Source: Lama glama
Lineage: Eukaryota
Length of the DNA stretch: 64,000 bases
Assembly: GCA_028534125.1 (NCBI GenBank)
Contig: CM052817.1
Coordinates: forward strand, 17,734,001-17,798,000
Direction of reading: 5' to 3'
Both the position numbers and the translations under genes were made by a program. This document shows, piece after piece, positions 52,170 through 64,000 of this stretch. Below the pieces are notes generated by a model. The model was not told the DNA's origin and ran no database searches. It saw only the letters and a program-made list of their open reading frames with translations. Numbering within the stretch: position 1 is the stretch's first letter; each line of letters opens with the position of its first letter.

Positions 52170-52795
52170 CCTTTTTAATTTTGATCTAATTTCAATTTAC
52201 AGAAAAATTGCAAGAATATTACAAAGAAGTTCAGCCAAATACTTCAGTCATTAACATTTACCACATTTGCATTATCCCTCTGTGTATCTGCACGCACATG
52301 CATACACACACACGCACTCTTTCCATGAATACTTTGAAGGTAAGTAGGCATCATGCCTTTTTATCCCTAAATACTACAATGAATGTTTCAAAAAAAAAAA
52401 GACATTCTCTTATGTGACCCCTGTACAGTTATCCAAACCAGGAAATTAAAATTAATATAATCCTATTCTCTATTCTGCCATTTTATGTGGATTTTGTCAG
52501 TTGTCCAAATAATGTCCTTTTATAGGAGAAGTAAATCTGGATAGTCTTGTATTCAGTGTTCATATGCATTTAGTCTCTTCTAATCTGGGCCAGTTCCTCA
52601 GTTTTTTTGTCTTTCATAACCTTGATGCTTTTAAAAGTGTAGTCCATTTATTTTGTTCACCATTCCACAATTTAGGTTGGTTATGTTTCCTCACGTTTAG
52701 ATTTAGGGTATTTGTTATTTGTCAGTGGTATCAGAGAAGTGATGTTGTGCTCTTATGCGCCATGTTAGGAAGCATTTGATATCAGTCTGTCCCAT
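52170..52795 (-). mobile_element. L1MC-type 3' fragment
   Basis: TTTACAGAAAAATTGCAAGAATA...TTAACATTTACCACATTTGC...GACATTCTCTTATGTGACC...CCAGGAAATTAAAATTAAT. Confidence 0.75.
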
Positions 52796-55395
52796 TCAGT
52801 CTCTTGAAATTGGAGTAGTTTGCCCAGTGTCTCATTGCTCCCTCTTGTTGACACCATAGATTTTAAGACACGTACTTTTTATATAAGATCTTCATATGCA
52901 GTGTTAATGGATGCCAGATGCTGTGCTATCTGGGTGGTGGGGCTCATGGCAGTTGCAGATTTACTGGAGGCAGACACCTGTAACCTAACCTGGTAATAAC
53001 ATTGGAGGTGCCTAAAAGCCAGATGCTGAGAATAGCTGGAGACTGAGGTCTCAGTCACCCCTCCTTTGCATCTTTCTCATCTTCCTGCTTCTTACAAACT
53101 GCTGATAGACTGTTACAAAGTTAAGTTTGTTGTTGTTGTCTTAATTGAAAAGGGAAAGGTAGACTAAAGGGACTTCAAAAATTAAGGAAACAGTGCTTTT
53201 CAAATGTTCTACCCAGTATGTTAGTAAGAAGGGGAGCATGTTTCTCCGTTGATGGGGCCAGCTGCAAGAATGGCGTGTCTTTGACGTCTGTCCCATAGGA
53301 TTTCTGATAGAACACATTTATTTGTTTAATAAATGTGATCCTTAAGGAGATTGCATCATGCCTTGATTGTCTTTGTTACAGTAGCCAAGATCACTAGTTA
53401 CACCTTGATAAGTTTTGAGCATTATTGCTATTTATTAAATGTGGTTCTTAAGGTACCAGTAGGTTCAGAACTAGCAATTGAAGTGTGATGAAAGATGACA
53501 TGTCTTGCTCAGCGTTTTGTGAATTAATACATAGGCTGTTTCCTGCCATAGATATAGAATGAATATGCTTTGAGAAGTAAAGTTACATTTACTTGAAATA
53601 TATTTTTAATTGGCCAGATATTTATCTCTTCAGTCATGTTCAATAAGTATACTTGTTTCTAAAATTTTTGTGTTTATAAATTATATAGATGAACATCTTT
53701 GAACATAATGGTGCCGTCCATTTATCCTAACAGCCTGTAAGTTCCATTAAGGGCATGGATTTTGTGTCTCTTGTTCACTGTTGTATACCAAGTACCTGTA
53801 CTTGGTCTGTACTAGGTGAATGAATGAATCTGGAGACAAGGACACACAACATGATGTGTAACTTTCTAATTAATCTCTTCTATTTTTTTGAGTAAATTAC
53901 TAAACAGCTTCCTAGTACCATTTGCTTTATGTTTCACATTACATGTTATCATAGAATATAGTGACAACATGTATCACCTATATTTCCTTCTACTGGTGGA
54001 ATGACCAGGTATGGATTCTTGAGGGTATAAATCAAGTTTCCTTATTTTTCCCTGATCAAAATGCTTTTTTGTTTCACTATCGTAAATCATGGTTCAAAAA
54101 TTCCAGTACTTTTTTGAACGATATAAAATTTATATACTGTTTACAGCAGATTCGATGTAAAATTTGATTTAATTATGAGTGGTTTATTCATGCTTTCTTT
54201 TCTACTTTTTCCCTGCAAATAGTGCATCAGTGTATCATGTTAATTTATTTTAGTTTCATTTCTGCATTAAGTAGAAAATTGGTGAAATACAGAAAAATAG
54301 AGGAAATTACTTTTAGTTCTACACCCAAGGGCAGAATAGCTTCCCATATGACTTGAGCTTGCTTTTCTAGCCGGCTCCATGCTTTTAAAATCCAAGTTTT
54401 AATATTGTTACTAGATGATATTCTAGCAGTATAATTATTAAATTATTTATATTTAAAAATTTTTTTCTTGTCTTTCTGAACCCCACCTTTTGATTTTTGA
54501 CCTGGTTTTCTTGTGTGAAGACTCTGTTAACTAGAAAAGGTGTTAAGATGGTGAAGTTCTGATAACCTTTATCGTGTTTGTCCTTAATATATTTGTGGTC
54601 ATACATACTTCCTTAACAGATGTGGTTAATATAGAAGGAAATGTATCCGTTGTGGGAGAAAACAATATTGCATCTCCACCATGAGCAAAAAAGAAGTTAA
54701 GTAAAGTGTATGCAGGTTTTTAAAAAAAAATTTATTGAAATATAATTGGATTTACAATGTATTAGTTTCAAGTGTACAGTAAAGTGATTCAGTGTTTTTG
54801 TGTGTGAGAGAGAGTATATTCTTCTTCAGATTCTTTTCCATTATAGGTTAATTTTTAGAACTTATTTGAAAATCCTAATGGATTGGCAGATATGTGGGAA
54901 CCTCAGTACTATTTATAGGTAGGAACTACTATGTTTAATGATTGATGGCAACTTTTTAAAAATCCTCACACTGCCAGGTATATGAAAATAGAATTGCTGA
55001 ATGAATAATGAACATTTTCCCTAGCTATTTCTATTTTGAATAAAAGATCATTGTTATCTTAGAACAGGAAAGCTAGCGAACTAAAGTAAAATGAATTTGC
55101 TAGCTTAAAATTATACTTAAGACATATACTTTGGATAATGTAAGTTTTCTTGAGCTACAGTGTTGTATGAGCATTCCTGAGTAAGGTGGCTCATAGGCTT
55201 TGTGTTTTTTGTTCAGCAATCCCAACCTGAGGGAAAACTGTGCAGAATATAACAAGAAGAGAAGGACATGGGTATAATCAACTTTATATAAACTAACTTT
55301 TGCTTGTTATTTTTTAAGAAAGGCCAGAATCATAGTTTTTTTTCCTTTAAACATATAACAGGATTGGTTATTACATTTAATCAAAACTATGCTTT

Positions 55396-55528
55396 GGAGG
55401 GGAGGGTATATAGCTCAAGTGGTAGAGCTCATGCTTGGCATACACAAGGTCCCGGGTTCAATCCCAGTACCTCTTCTGAAGATAAATAAAATAAGTAAAC
55501 CTAACTACCCCTCGCCCCCCCCCCCAAA
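55396..55528 (+). mobile_element. Camelid tRNA-derived SINE (Vic-1-like)
   Basis: GGGGAGGGTATATAGCTCAAGTGGTAGAG (A-box)...GGTTCAATCCC (B-box), then A-rich and C-rich tail like the copy at 1358. Confidence 0.9.
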
Positions 55529-57215
55529 TTTTTTTTTAAACTGCTGTACACAGTGTGCATAAAATTTGAGAAACCTGTTGACTCAAATGAGATTGACAAC
55601 CTGCAATATCAAAACGGTAGATTGGATAACAGCGACTGTTACAATAAGGAATTAACTCAGTATTTCATAAAATCAGAAGTGTCCCTAGGGTACTTAAGGA
55701 TCTATTTATTTATTTTTTTGCATTGTTAAGTATACCATGCACCTATTATGAAACGTGTCTTACAGAAGAGTGGTCTAAACTTCGTTCATCCAGTTTTGTT
55801 TCTGATTTAGTTATTAACACATATGTCAGTAGACATCTTGTTTTAAAAACAGATTACAGGTAAAGATAAAAAATTTGTATCAGCCTATCTCACCATCCCT
55901 TACTGCAAAAGGGAGAGACAACTTAATCTTTGAATTATAATCAGCCTCTGAGTAATTGATAGCTGACTGTTGTTACTTCTGCTTTTGAAAAGTGGTTATT
56001 TTGATTGCATAATAAATACTACATCATGAATTTTCTTCAGTCACTTATGTTTAAGGATAGACCTTCTTTCTGTAGTAGATAATTCTTGAAGTTTTGTGTG
56101 TTGTGCATCAGATTAGTAGAGGAAAAGTGAATCTTGATAAGTGTAGGATACATATAGTATCTTGGTATAACTTGACAGTTTTAAATATGTAGACCTATAT
56201 GAATTTTATTAAATAATTAGAATTTAGTTAATGATGAACAAAATGCTTTCATAAATTTTCTCAAAAAAAATTTGTTATTCTTCCCCCATTCTAATAGATA
56301 CAGTAACCATTGTTTTTAATGAGATAAACAGGAATGTGATGCGTGTGCATTAAAGAGAGGATGGAGATTGCACACAACAATTATTGGAGATGCTTTATTA
56401 TATACTGAAGAAGCAGTTTAATCTCAACATTTATAAAATTTCTAGCCTTAGGTTGGCGCCTAGATAGAACAATGTATCATTTTGAAATGCTGTTCAAGCC
56501 TAGCAGGCAAATGGCTGTGTTCCATTCCTCCTGTTTTCTATGGGGGTAGGAGTGATTTTGCACAAGCAGGCTATATGGTTGTTGAAGTCACCTAATGGAT
56601 ATTTCCAGAAAAGGATATGGACAGATATTTTAATCAACATTGTTGTTAATCTAATTTTGAAAGTATTTCAGAGCACCAAAAAACAAAATTTGGACTTGAA
56701 TTTTGAGTGCAGTGGATCTCCTAGTCATGTGATAAACCTATGTTAAATTCTGTGTTGGATCCCAAAGGGTGCTTGATGGTTGGAGTTATTAGCTAGTGCA
56801 GAGGGCAGTGGCGTTATGATGCTCATTGAAAAGTTTTATCTCATTTGTTAACTGTTTCTCTCTCTAAAATTTTCACCACTTTAACCCTTTAGGTAGATTC
56901 TGGCTAGACCCCAATTTGCTTCTCTTTAAAAAGAATAACTCTGCTCTTAAATTTATACATGAAGAAGTAATTTAAAGATTGTCTTAAACTTCTTGGTTTT
57001 TGTAAAGTATTCTATATCCACTCTACTTAGGAACAACTTTATTTAGAGTATATATTTTGTTATTACTGGGTATAGGTATTTATTAGAGGATTTCTTTTTA
57101 CACTAGTCTTCAGTAGGTTGACATATAAATCAATGAGGAGATTTCATGGTGCCTAAAAAGCTTACTGTGGAGTGTCATACAGCCTATTAAATTTTCTTTT
57201 TCTTATTTTTTCCAG

Positions 57216-57254
57216 AAAATTTGGTGAGCGGCCTCCACCTAAACGACTTACTAG
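57216..57254 (+). CDS. RBPJ: RBPJ shared exon 2 (39 nt; x-KFGERPPPKRLT-R)
   Basis: Acceptor TTTTCTTTTTCTTATTTTTTCCAG|, then A AAA TTT GGT GAG CGG CCT CCA CCT AAA CGA CTT ACT AG, donor |GTAAGC. Peptide identical to recalled RBPJ. Confidence 0.97.
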
Positions 57255-58049
57255 GTAAGCATTATATTAGTCTTTCACTCAAACATTTCATTAAAGTGTT
57301 AGATCCTGTTATTTTGGAAACTGTATTAGATGTTCTTGAAAAGAATTATGCAAATAATGGTATCTGGATCATAGAAGCTTATTCCCATTCTCCCTCCCCC
57401 ACGTCTCCCCTCTTCCTTCCCACAAAAACCGGGCAAGAGGATACAGTTCAAAGGGGAAAATGAAACCTTTCAAGAATTAATATTGAGTATTATAGTAAAT
57501 ATAACAAGGGCTAGAATGTAAAGATAGCTTCTTCTGTCTTAACTTCATTTAGCTAATCACAATTTGTTGATTACAGATGGGACTTGAAAGATACTTAAAT
57601 GCTTTTAGAAAAGAATTTTTAAAGAAAGGTTTTATCCATTTTTAATGAGACTAAATGTTTTACTGTGTTCTAATTATATACTTTTACAGTATACATTTTA
57701 ATTACAAATATTAAATTTAAAACTATTAGTCTTAAACATGATTTGTTAAATTTCTAGCAGTCAGTGATTGTAAAATAAAAAGTAAGACATTCAGTTCTAC
57801 AGTTACAGTCCTAGACTTAATGCTATCCTGCATTGTTAGACTCTTTCAAGAAAATTGTATGCATATATAAACATGCCTTTTCCTTTTTGAAGTCTGGTAT
57901 CATACTCTGCCATTGTTCTGTGAACTGTAGATCTCATGCCTTGTTTTTAATGTTTCCATAGTTTTCCATTGTCTTCACACTGCTCTTTATTTGATATTTC
58001 ACATTGATGGCCACTTGGGTTATTTCCACATTATTGCTATTATTAGAAA

Positions 58050-59605
58050 AGCCGTTTCCCTCAAAGAATGATGAGGGGCATGCCAGGACACACAAATCAT
58101 GGGCACTTTGGTCATCAAAATAAATAACGATAGTAAAGTCACAGATACAGAAAACAAACTTACGGTTACCAAAGGGGAAAGGTAGGGGTGGGAGGTATAA
58201 ATTAGGAGCTTGGGATTAGCAAATGCAAACTACTGTATATAAAATACATGAACAACAAGGTCCTATTGTATAGCACAGAGAACTATATTCAATATTTTGT
58301 AATAAACTATAATGAAAAAGAATCTGAAAAAATATACATATACACACACAGATATGATATAACTGAATCACTTTGCTGTGCATCAGAAACTAATACAACA
58401 TTTTGTAAATCAGCTATACTTCAGTTAAAAAAATAATGATAGTAATGGATTAAAACTCAAAATAAAATGACAGTTTGGAAGTCTGCACTAAGTTAAATAA
58501 ATGACTCAATAAACGGAGGAGAAGAGATAGCTTTTCTTTACAGAAGAATTCCACCTAATAAATGTAGAAGGAATGATGGAACTAGGAAACCACACTTTAG
58601 CAGCCACTACAGTGATAATTGTTTGAGACAAAAATCATTGGTGAATGTTTAAACTACTGGTTTAAAGTCTGATGAGAAACAAAGTATTTTTATAGTGTCT
58701 AAGCATATTCTCACGAAGTAAGCGTTAATTATAAAGTGAAAAATAGTAACATGGCAGTGAAGAAACCTGGCAGATACCATCTCAATTAAGTGATCTGAAT
58801 TAACATCATTAACAAAGGAAAGATAAATGTCACATGCATCCTGAGGACATATCACTTTTGGGGTGGTTCTTGCCCGAAATGCATAAACTAAATCTAAGCA
58901 TAAGGAGACATCAGACAGACACAAATGGAAGGGCATTCTGTAAAATAAACAGCAAAGACTGCGGAATACCGCAGTAAAGGAGACCAAAAAGCTAAGTTAA
59001 ACATGACAAATTCAACTAAATCTGTGCCAGTAACAAATTTTACTTGTACCCTAAAAGTAAAGTTGTCAAATGTTTTCTGTAACGGACCAGAGAATCAACG
59101 TGTTAGGTTTTGGGGGCCACACTGAGTTTGTTGTGACTTTTCAGCTCTGTTCTTGTATCCCTAAATCAGCCATAGACAATATGTAAATGAATAGTGTGTC
59201 CCTGTTCCAGCTCAACTTAATTTAATTTAAAAAGAACAAAATAAACTGGTAGCCTTTCTGGCTTGAGGGTAATAGTTTCTCAACACCGTTTCCCTTTATT
59301 GGGGAAAGGACATTAGAGGGACAGTTGGAAACATTTGAATAAAATCTGTAGATAAAGGTATATCAATGATAATTACATTGTGATCGTGTAAGAAAATATC
59401 TTTGTTTTTAGGAAATAAACACAAGTATTTTAGGTAAAAAGGCTTTATGTCTACAATGTGCTCTTAAATGGTTTTAAAAACATAAGATACAAATATGGTA
59501 AAATGTTAACATTTGGAGAGTCTTGGAGAAATGGGGAGTAGGAATTTTTTGTACTATTTCTGTAACTTCTGTATGTCTGAAATTACATCAAAATTTTAAA
59601 AAACA
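58050..59605 (+). mobile_element. Old L1MC/MD-type 3' UTR hosting a younger L1 3' end and a MER58-type MITE (~59060-59290)
   Basis: CTTACAGAAGAATTCCACCTAATAAATGTAGAAGGAATGA, GAAACCTGGCAGATACCATCT. MITE motif CAGCCATAGACAATATGTAAATGAAT. Confidence 0.75.
58137..58430 (+). mobile_element. 5'-truncated L1 3' end (artiodactyl-type)
   Basis: AACAACAAGGTCCTATTGTATAGCACAGAGAACTATATTCAATAT...TAAATCAGCTATACTTCAGTTAAAA. TSD AAATAA(C/T)GATAGTAA at 58122-58136 and 58431-58445. Confidence 0.88.
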
Positions 59606-60029
59606 TTTTAAGGCGTTCTGTAAATATTTCTGATCAAGTCGGCTAGAAAAATATAACTTAACCTCACAGATCCATGTAAATGTATTTTCAGTTACTTGTT
59701 TTTATATATCTTGAAGAAATTAAACTGGAATTGCTTAATTCACATGTATAGGCATTTTGAAATTTAAAATTTAATAGATAATTATTTTTATTTTATTACC
59801 AACAGCAATAGGTTCAAGTGACTGCTAACAATAAAATATATTTTGATGAATAAATGACTTTAATGGATACTTCTATAAAAATAGCAATCAATATGATGAT
59901 AAATATTATACAAGGGAATTTTTTCCCCTTAAATATATACAGTAATATAGTTAGGTCCCATCTACTTTATCATGATTTTCCATTTACCCTTCAAGCAGTT
60001 TTCCCTGTTTGGAAAATTTTAGTAGCTTT

Positions 60030-63000
60030 TAGGACTTCTGCTTCTGGCCAAGATGGAGTAACAGGGACTGGAATTACTCTTCGGCCTGAAACAACTAAAA
60101 ACCTGGACAAAATATATGAAACAGCGGTTTTCAAGATATTGGACGACAGGCAAGAGAGGACAGTGATCCTTGAGAGACAGGAGACAAATGAGGTGAGCCT
60201 TGCAGTTGCCCCAGCTCAGTGCCTGGAGAAAGTTTCCAGGACAGGAGGTAGGGAGGGGGAATCCAGGTGGAGCCTAGTAAGCACCTTGTGTTGTGGAAAT
60301 GGAGCTGGGGATGTAGGGAGGCTAAAGTGGCCAGCATTCTTAGGGCAGAGAACTGAAGAGGAAAGAGCTGTGCATAGTTTCAGAAATATGTAGAAGGTCC
60401 TCTCTAGTCTTGAGTTGAGTATTGATCAGCAGGTGATCAACCTTTGTGGGTAACAACAACTTCAAGAATCAGAGGAAAGAATTCCTTGAGCTTCCTCAAT
60501 GCTATGAGTTATGCCTGTTCTTAGTAGCCAGAGTGGAAAAAATCTCATAATTCACATTAATTCACTAGAGTATTCAGAAGGGTTTTGTTTCAGTAATGGT
60601 GCAAAATTAAGCTAGACTAAATGCTCCTCTGGTTTCACCTGACAAAACTTAAAAGCAAAATTGAAAGGATCAAACTCTTCAAATAACTTAATTGTGTACC
60701 AAAACAAAGCTCAAGAATATTTAAAGAAATAGAAAAATAACCAACACTCAGAAAAATAGTAAAATCCATTATCTTAACATCTGGTTAGAATACATCAGTC
60801 CTAAAAAGCAGGAAAATGTGATTCATAATGAGAAAAATCAGTCAATTAAAACCAACTGAGAAATGACACATGATAGAAGTGGACAAAGATGTTAAAACAG
60901 TTATATTTATTTGTCTTCTATATAAGTGTGCAGACTTTTTCTTGAAGGGTAAGATGGTAAATATTTTAGTTTTTGTGGCCCGAATAGCCTCTGTTGTAAC
61001 TACCCAACTCTGTTGTAGCACAAAAGCAGCCATAGATAATGTGTAAACCAATGGACATGTCTGTATATTGGAGAATAACTTTATTTCTAAAATAGTCAGT
61101 GGATCAGATTTGGTTTATAGACTTTAATTGCAGATCCTCAAGCCAGAGGAAAGAGTGAACAAGTTAAATAGAGGACATGGAAGATTAAAAAGGGAAGAAC
61201 CAAATCAAATTTCTCGAGAAGAAAACTATTTAAATGGAAAAAAGACACTTGATGGTATTAATTACAGATATACGCTGTTAAGGAAGAGATTAATGAACTT
61301 GAAGACATAGCAATAGGAACTCCAAAATGAAGACAATGTCTGGAAAAAGAGATCATTATGAGGTGTGGATTACATTCAAATGGACTAATATACATGTAAT
61401 TGGAGTCATTGAAGGGAAAGGTATGACTGAAAGAATATATGAAGATATAAATGGCTGAAAATTTTCTAAATTTGGTAGAAACTATAAAACCATGGTTCCA
61501 AGAAGCTCAATGAACTCTGTAAAAACTATTGTTGTTTCAAACCACATCATCATCAAATTGCTTAAAGTCAATGATAAAGAGAAAATGTAAAAAGCAACAG
61601 AGGAAAGAGATAAATACAAAGGAACAAAGACAAGGACGACAGACTTTTCATCTGAAACCTTGCTGGGGAGAAGACAGTGGAATAAGAGCTTTAAAGTACT
61701 CAAGGGGAAAATATGACAAGTTAGAATTCTGTACCCAGCAAAGGCAAAATAAAGACCTTTTTAGATATAAGAAACTGAAAAAGAATCACAAACAAGTCTG
61801 AGCTACAAGAAATGTTAAAGAAATCCTTCAAGCAAAAGGATAATCATAGCAAATAGAAATCTGATTCTGTACAAATTACTAGTATCAAGAATGAGAAAGG
61901 TGATGTCACTGCAGATTCTATAGATATTTAAAGGATAACAAGCAAATATTAGAAATAACTTTCTGCCAATAAACTCAACAACTTTTGAAGAAATCCACAA
62001 ATTCCTTGAAACTGGCAAACCACCAAAGCTTACTCAAGAAGAAAGAGGTAACCTGAATAGTCTTATATCCAAATAAATTGAACTTGTAATTGTAAACCTT
62101 CCTACATAGAAAACTTGAGGCTCAGATGATTTCATTGTTGAATTCTACCAGATATGTGAGAAATAAATTATGCCAGTTCTATAGATATCCTTCCACAAAA
62201 CTGGAGAGCAGAAATATTTCCTGGTTCATTTTGTTAGGACAGCAATGCCCTGTTACTAGAACAAAGACATTAAAAGAAAAGAAAGCTGTAGACTGATATC
62301 CTTATGAGCACAGTTGTAAGAAGTCTTAATAGTTTTTCAAAATGAATCCAACAGTATATTAAAGGGATAATAGAACATCATGATCAAATGAGCTTTATCT
62401 CAGAAATGGCTGCCAGTGTGTCATTTTTATCTGTTAATAGAACAAAAAAAAAGGAAAATAATATGGTCATCTCATTACATTTAGAATAAACTTTTGACAC
62501 TCATTCTTGATTATAATTTTCACAAACTAGGAATAGAAGGGAATTTCTTCATTCTGATAAAGGATACCTATGAACAAAATTTAACACCATACTAATTTTG
62601 AAAGATAATATTTTCCCTTAAGATCAGGAACAATGCAAGAGCGTCCACTCTTAACCACTTCCATTTAACATACTTGAGGTTCTGAAGAGTACAGTAAGGC
62701 CAGAAGAAGAAAGGAAAGGCAGCCAAACTGGAAAGAAGTAAATCATTCTTTATTTGTAGATGCCATGATTTTCTGCACAGAAAATTCTATGGAATCTTAA
62801 AAAAAAAAGGTATTAAAACTAATAAATGAGTTTAGCAAGGTGGTAGGCTACATGACCAATGTATAAAATATACAAAAATGAATTATTTTTTATACTTGTC
62901 ATGAACAGTGGGAAATTGAAATTTTAAAAACTACCATTTATAGTAGCATCAAAAAGTATGTAATTCTTAGGAAAAAATCTGATACAAGATGTGCAAAAAC

Positions 63001-63725
63001 TATATACTAGAAACTACAAAACACTGCTCAGAAGTCCTAAGTAAATGTTCTTTGGGCAGAAGACTCAGTATTGTTAAGAGGTCAGTTCTTCCCAAATTTG
63101 TCTGTGGATTCAATGTAATCCCAATCAAAATTTCAGTGGGCTTTTCTTGTAACAGTTGACAAGCTGTTTCTAAAATTTATAATGGAAATGGAAATGACCT
63201 AGTATAGCCAGAACAACCTTGAAAAAGGACGGTAAGAACTTACTACCTGATTTCAAAACTCCTTAGATAGGTACATTAATCAAGGATGGTACCAGCTTAA
63301 AGACAGCCAGGTGGATCATTGTAACAGAATAGTGGTCAGAAGTTGTTCTTGAGAGAAGGTTTTCAATCGAGGTCAAAGGCAATAAAGTTAGATAAAGGAT
63401 TTTTAACAAAGGATTCTGGAATAATTGGATATCCATATGCTCGTACCACTTAAATAACATAGTTATTTTGATAACTATGATTCATACCTAGAACCGTATG
63501 CAAAAATTAGATCAAAGTAGACCTAAATGTAAAACTTAACTTCATCAAAATTAGAAATAAAATGTTTATAACCAGATTATGGAAAGAACTCTTAAAAGTC
63601 AATAATAAGGAAATAACCCATTTTTAAATGGGAAAATGATTTGAACAGATACTTCTCCAAATAATATATACATATGGTAAATGACCATTAGAGAAATGCA
63701 AATTAAGACTACAGTGAAATACCAC
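60030..63725 (+). mobile_element. Ancient, internally deleted LINE1 (L1ME/L1M4-type 5' end, ORF1 and ORF2 remnants) with a MER58-type MITE at ~60925-61140
   Basis: 5'-end motif GGACTTCTGCTTCTGGCCAAGATGGAGTAACAGGGACTGGA. Decayed ORF1 (ATAATGGCTGAAAATTTTCTAAATTTGG) and ORF2 (CCCTTAAGATCAGGAACAATGCAAGA, TTTGTAGATGCCATGAT) segments with many stops and indels. Confidence 0.85.
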
Positions 63726-63727
63726 TA

Positions 63728-64000
63728 CAGGCATACCTTGGAGATAATGTATGTTCAATTCCAGACTACTGTGAAAAAGTGAATATCGCAAATGAGGCAA
63801 GTTACACAAATTTTGTTGTTTGCCAGGGCATATAAAAGTTACATTTATACTATATTATAATAGCATCATGTCTAATGTGGTGGTCTTATGTCCAAAAGAA
63901 AAAACTTAAAAAATAATGCATTGGAAATATGGTGCCGATAGACTTGTTTGGTGCATAGTTGCCACAGACCTTCAATTTAAAAAAAAAAAACAAAACCCCA
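63728..64000 (+). mobile_element. Tigger1-derived DNA transposon (internally deleted), truncated by the window end
   Basis: TA|CAGGCATACCTTGGAGATA left TIR. Right-arm sequence GATAGACTTGTTTGGTGCATAGTTGCCACAGACCTTCAATTT follows within ~200 bp. Confidence 0.82.

Larger units (their letters stand above)
2380..64000 (+). other. RBPJ: RBPJ gene, 5' portion (alternative first exons, very long first intron, exon 2, start of the next intron); continues beyond the window
   Basis: Three separate phase-2 exons ([33 protein letters not shown]) each splice in frame to KFGERPPPKRLTR. These match the recalled N-termini of mammalian RBPJ isoforms. The start coordinate is approximate because the TSS is not visible. 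Confidence 0.97.

Noticed and set aside
1358..55528. tRNA-like sequences with A and B boxes (five copies)
   Set aside because: They have A-rich tails, several have TSDs, and they are mutually diverged, so they are SINEs rather than tRNA genes.
57221..57463. 80-aa ORF overlapping exon 2
   Set aside because: It starts at TTG in a different frame from the RBPJ peptide and reads through the GTAAGC donor into intron.
59854..60393. 179-aa ORF
   Set aside because: It runs from AT-rich intron into the 5' end of an ancient L1 and has no recognisable domain, so it is most likely a chance open frame.
61880..63725. Reverse-transcriptase-like sequence as a functional gene
   Set aside because: Heavily decayed L1 ORF2 with many stops, frameshifts and deletions, and no long ORF in the track.

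Overview
Mammalian genomic DNA, most likely a camelid (llama, alpaca or camel), judged from five copies of a tRNA-derived SINE resembling the Tylopoda Vic-1 family. The window holds the 5' part of RBPJ (CSL/CBF1, the nuclear effector of Notch) on the + strand. A two-lobed CpG-island promoter (~1.8-4.3 kb) carries alternative first coding exons [20 protein letters not shown] (3429-3487) and MAPVVTG (3701-3720). An exon encoding MAWIKR lies at 37347-37529, and the shared 39-nt exon KFGERPPPKRLTR at 57216-57254. The rest is intron filled with L1, L2, MIR, SINE, LTR and DNA-transposon relics, and the gene continues past the window end. I found no previously undescribed biological system. The best leads are (i) a candidate upstream first exon with a strong-Kozak ATG giving a 37-aa Cys/basic N-terminus in frame with exon 2, (ii) a cassette exon packed with uORFs that would stop the upstream reading frames, (iii) an overlapping NF-kB/RBPJ site in RBPJ's own promoter, and (iv) a mouse-like N-terminal extension with ATC in place of ATG. 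Protein and repeat-family assignments are from memory of known sequences, not from searches. Repeat boundaries are approximate unless target-site duplications (TSDs) or terminal inverted repeats (TIRs) are quoted.
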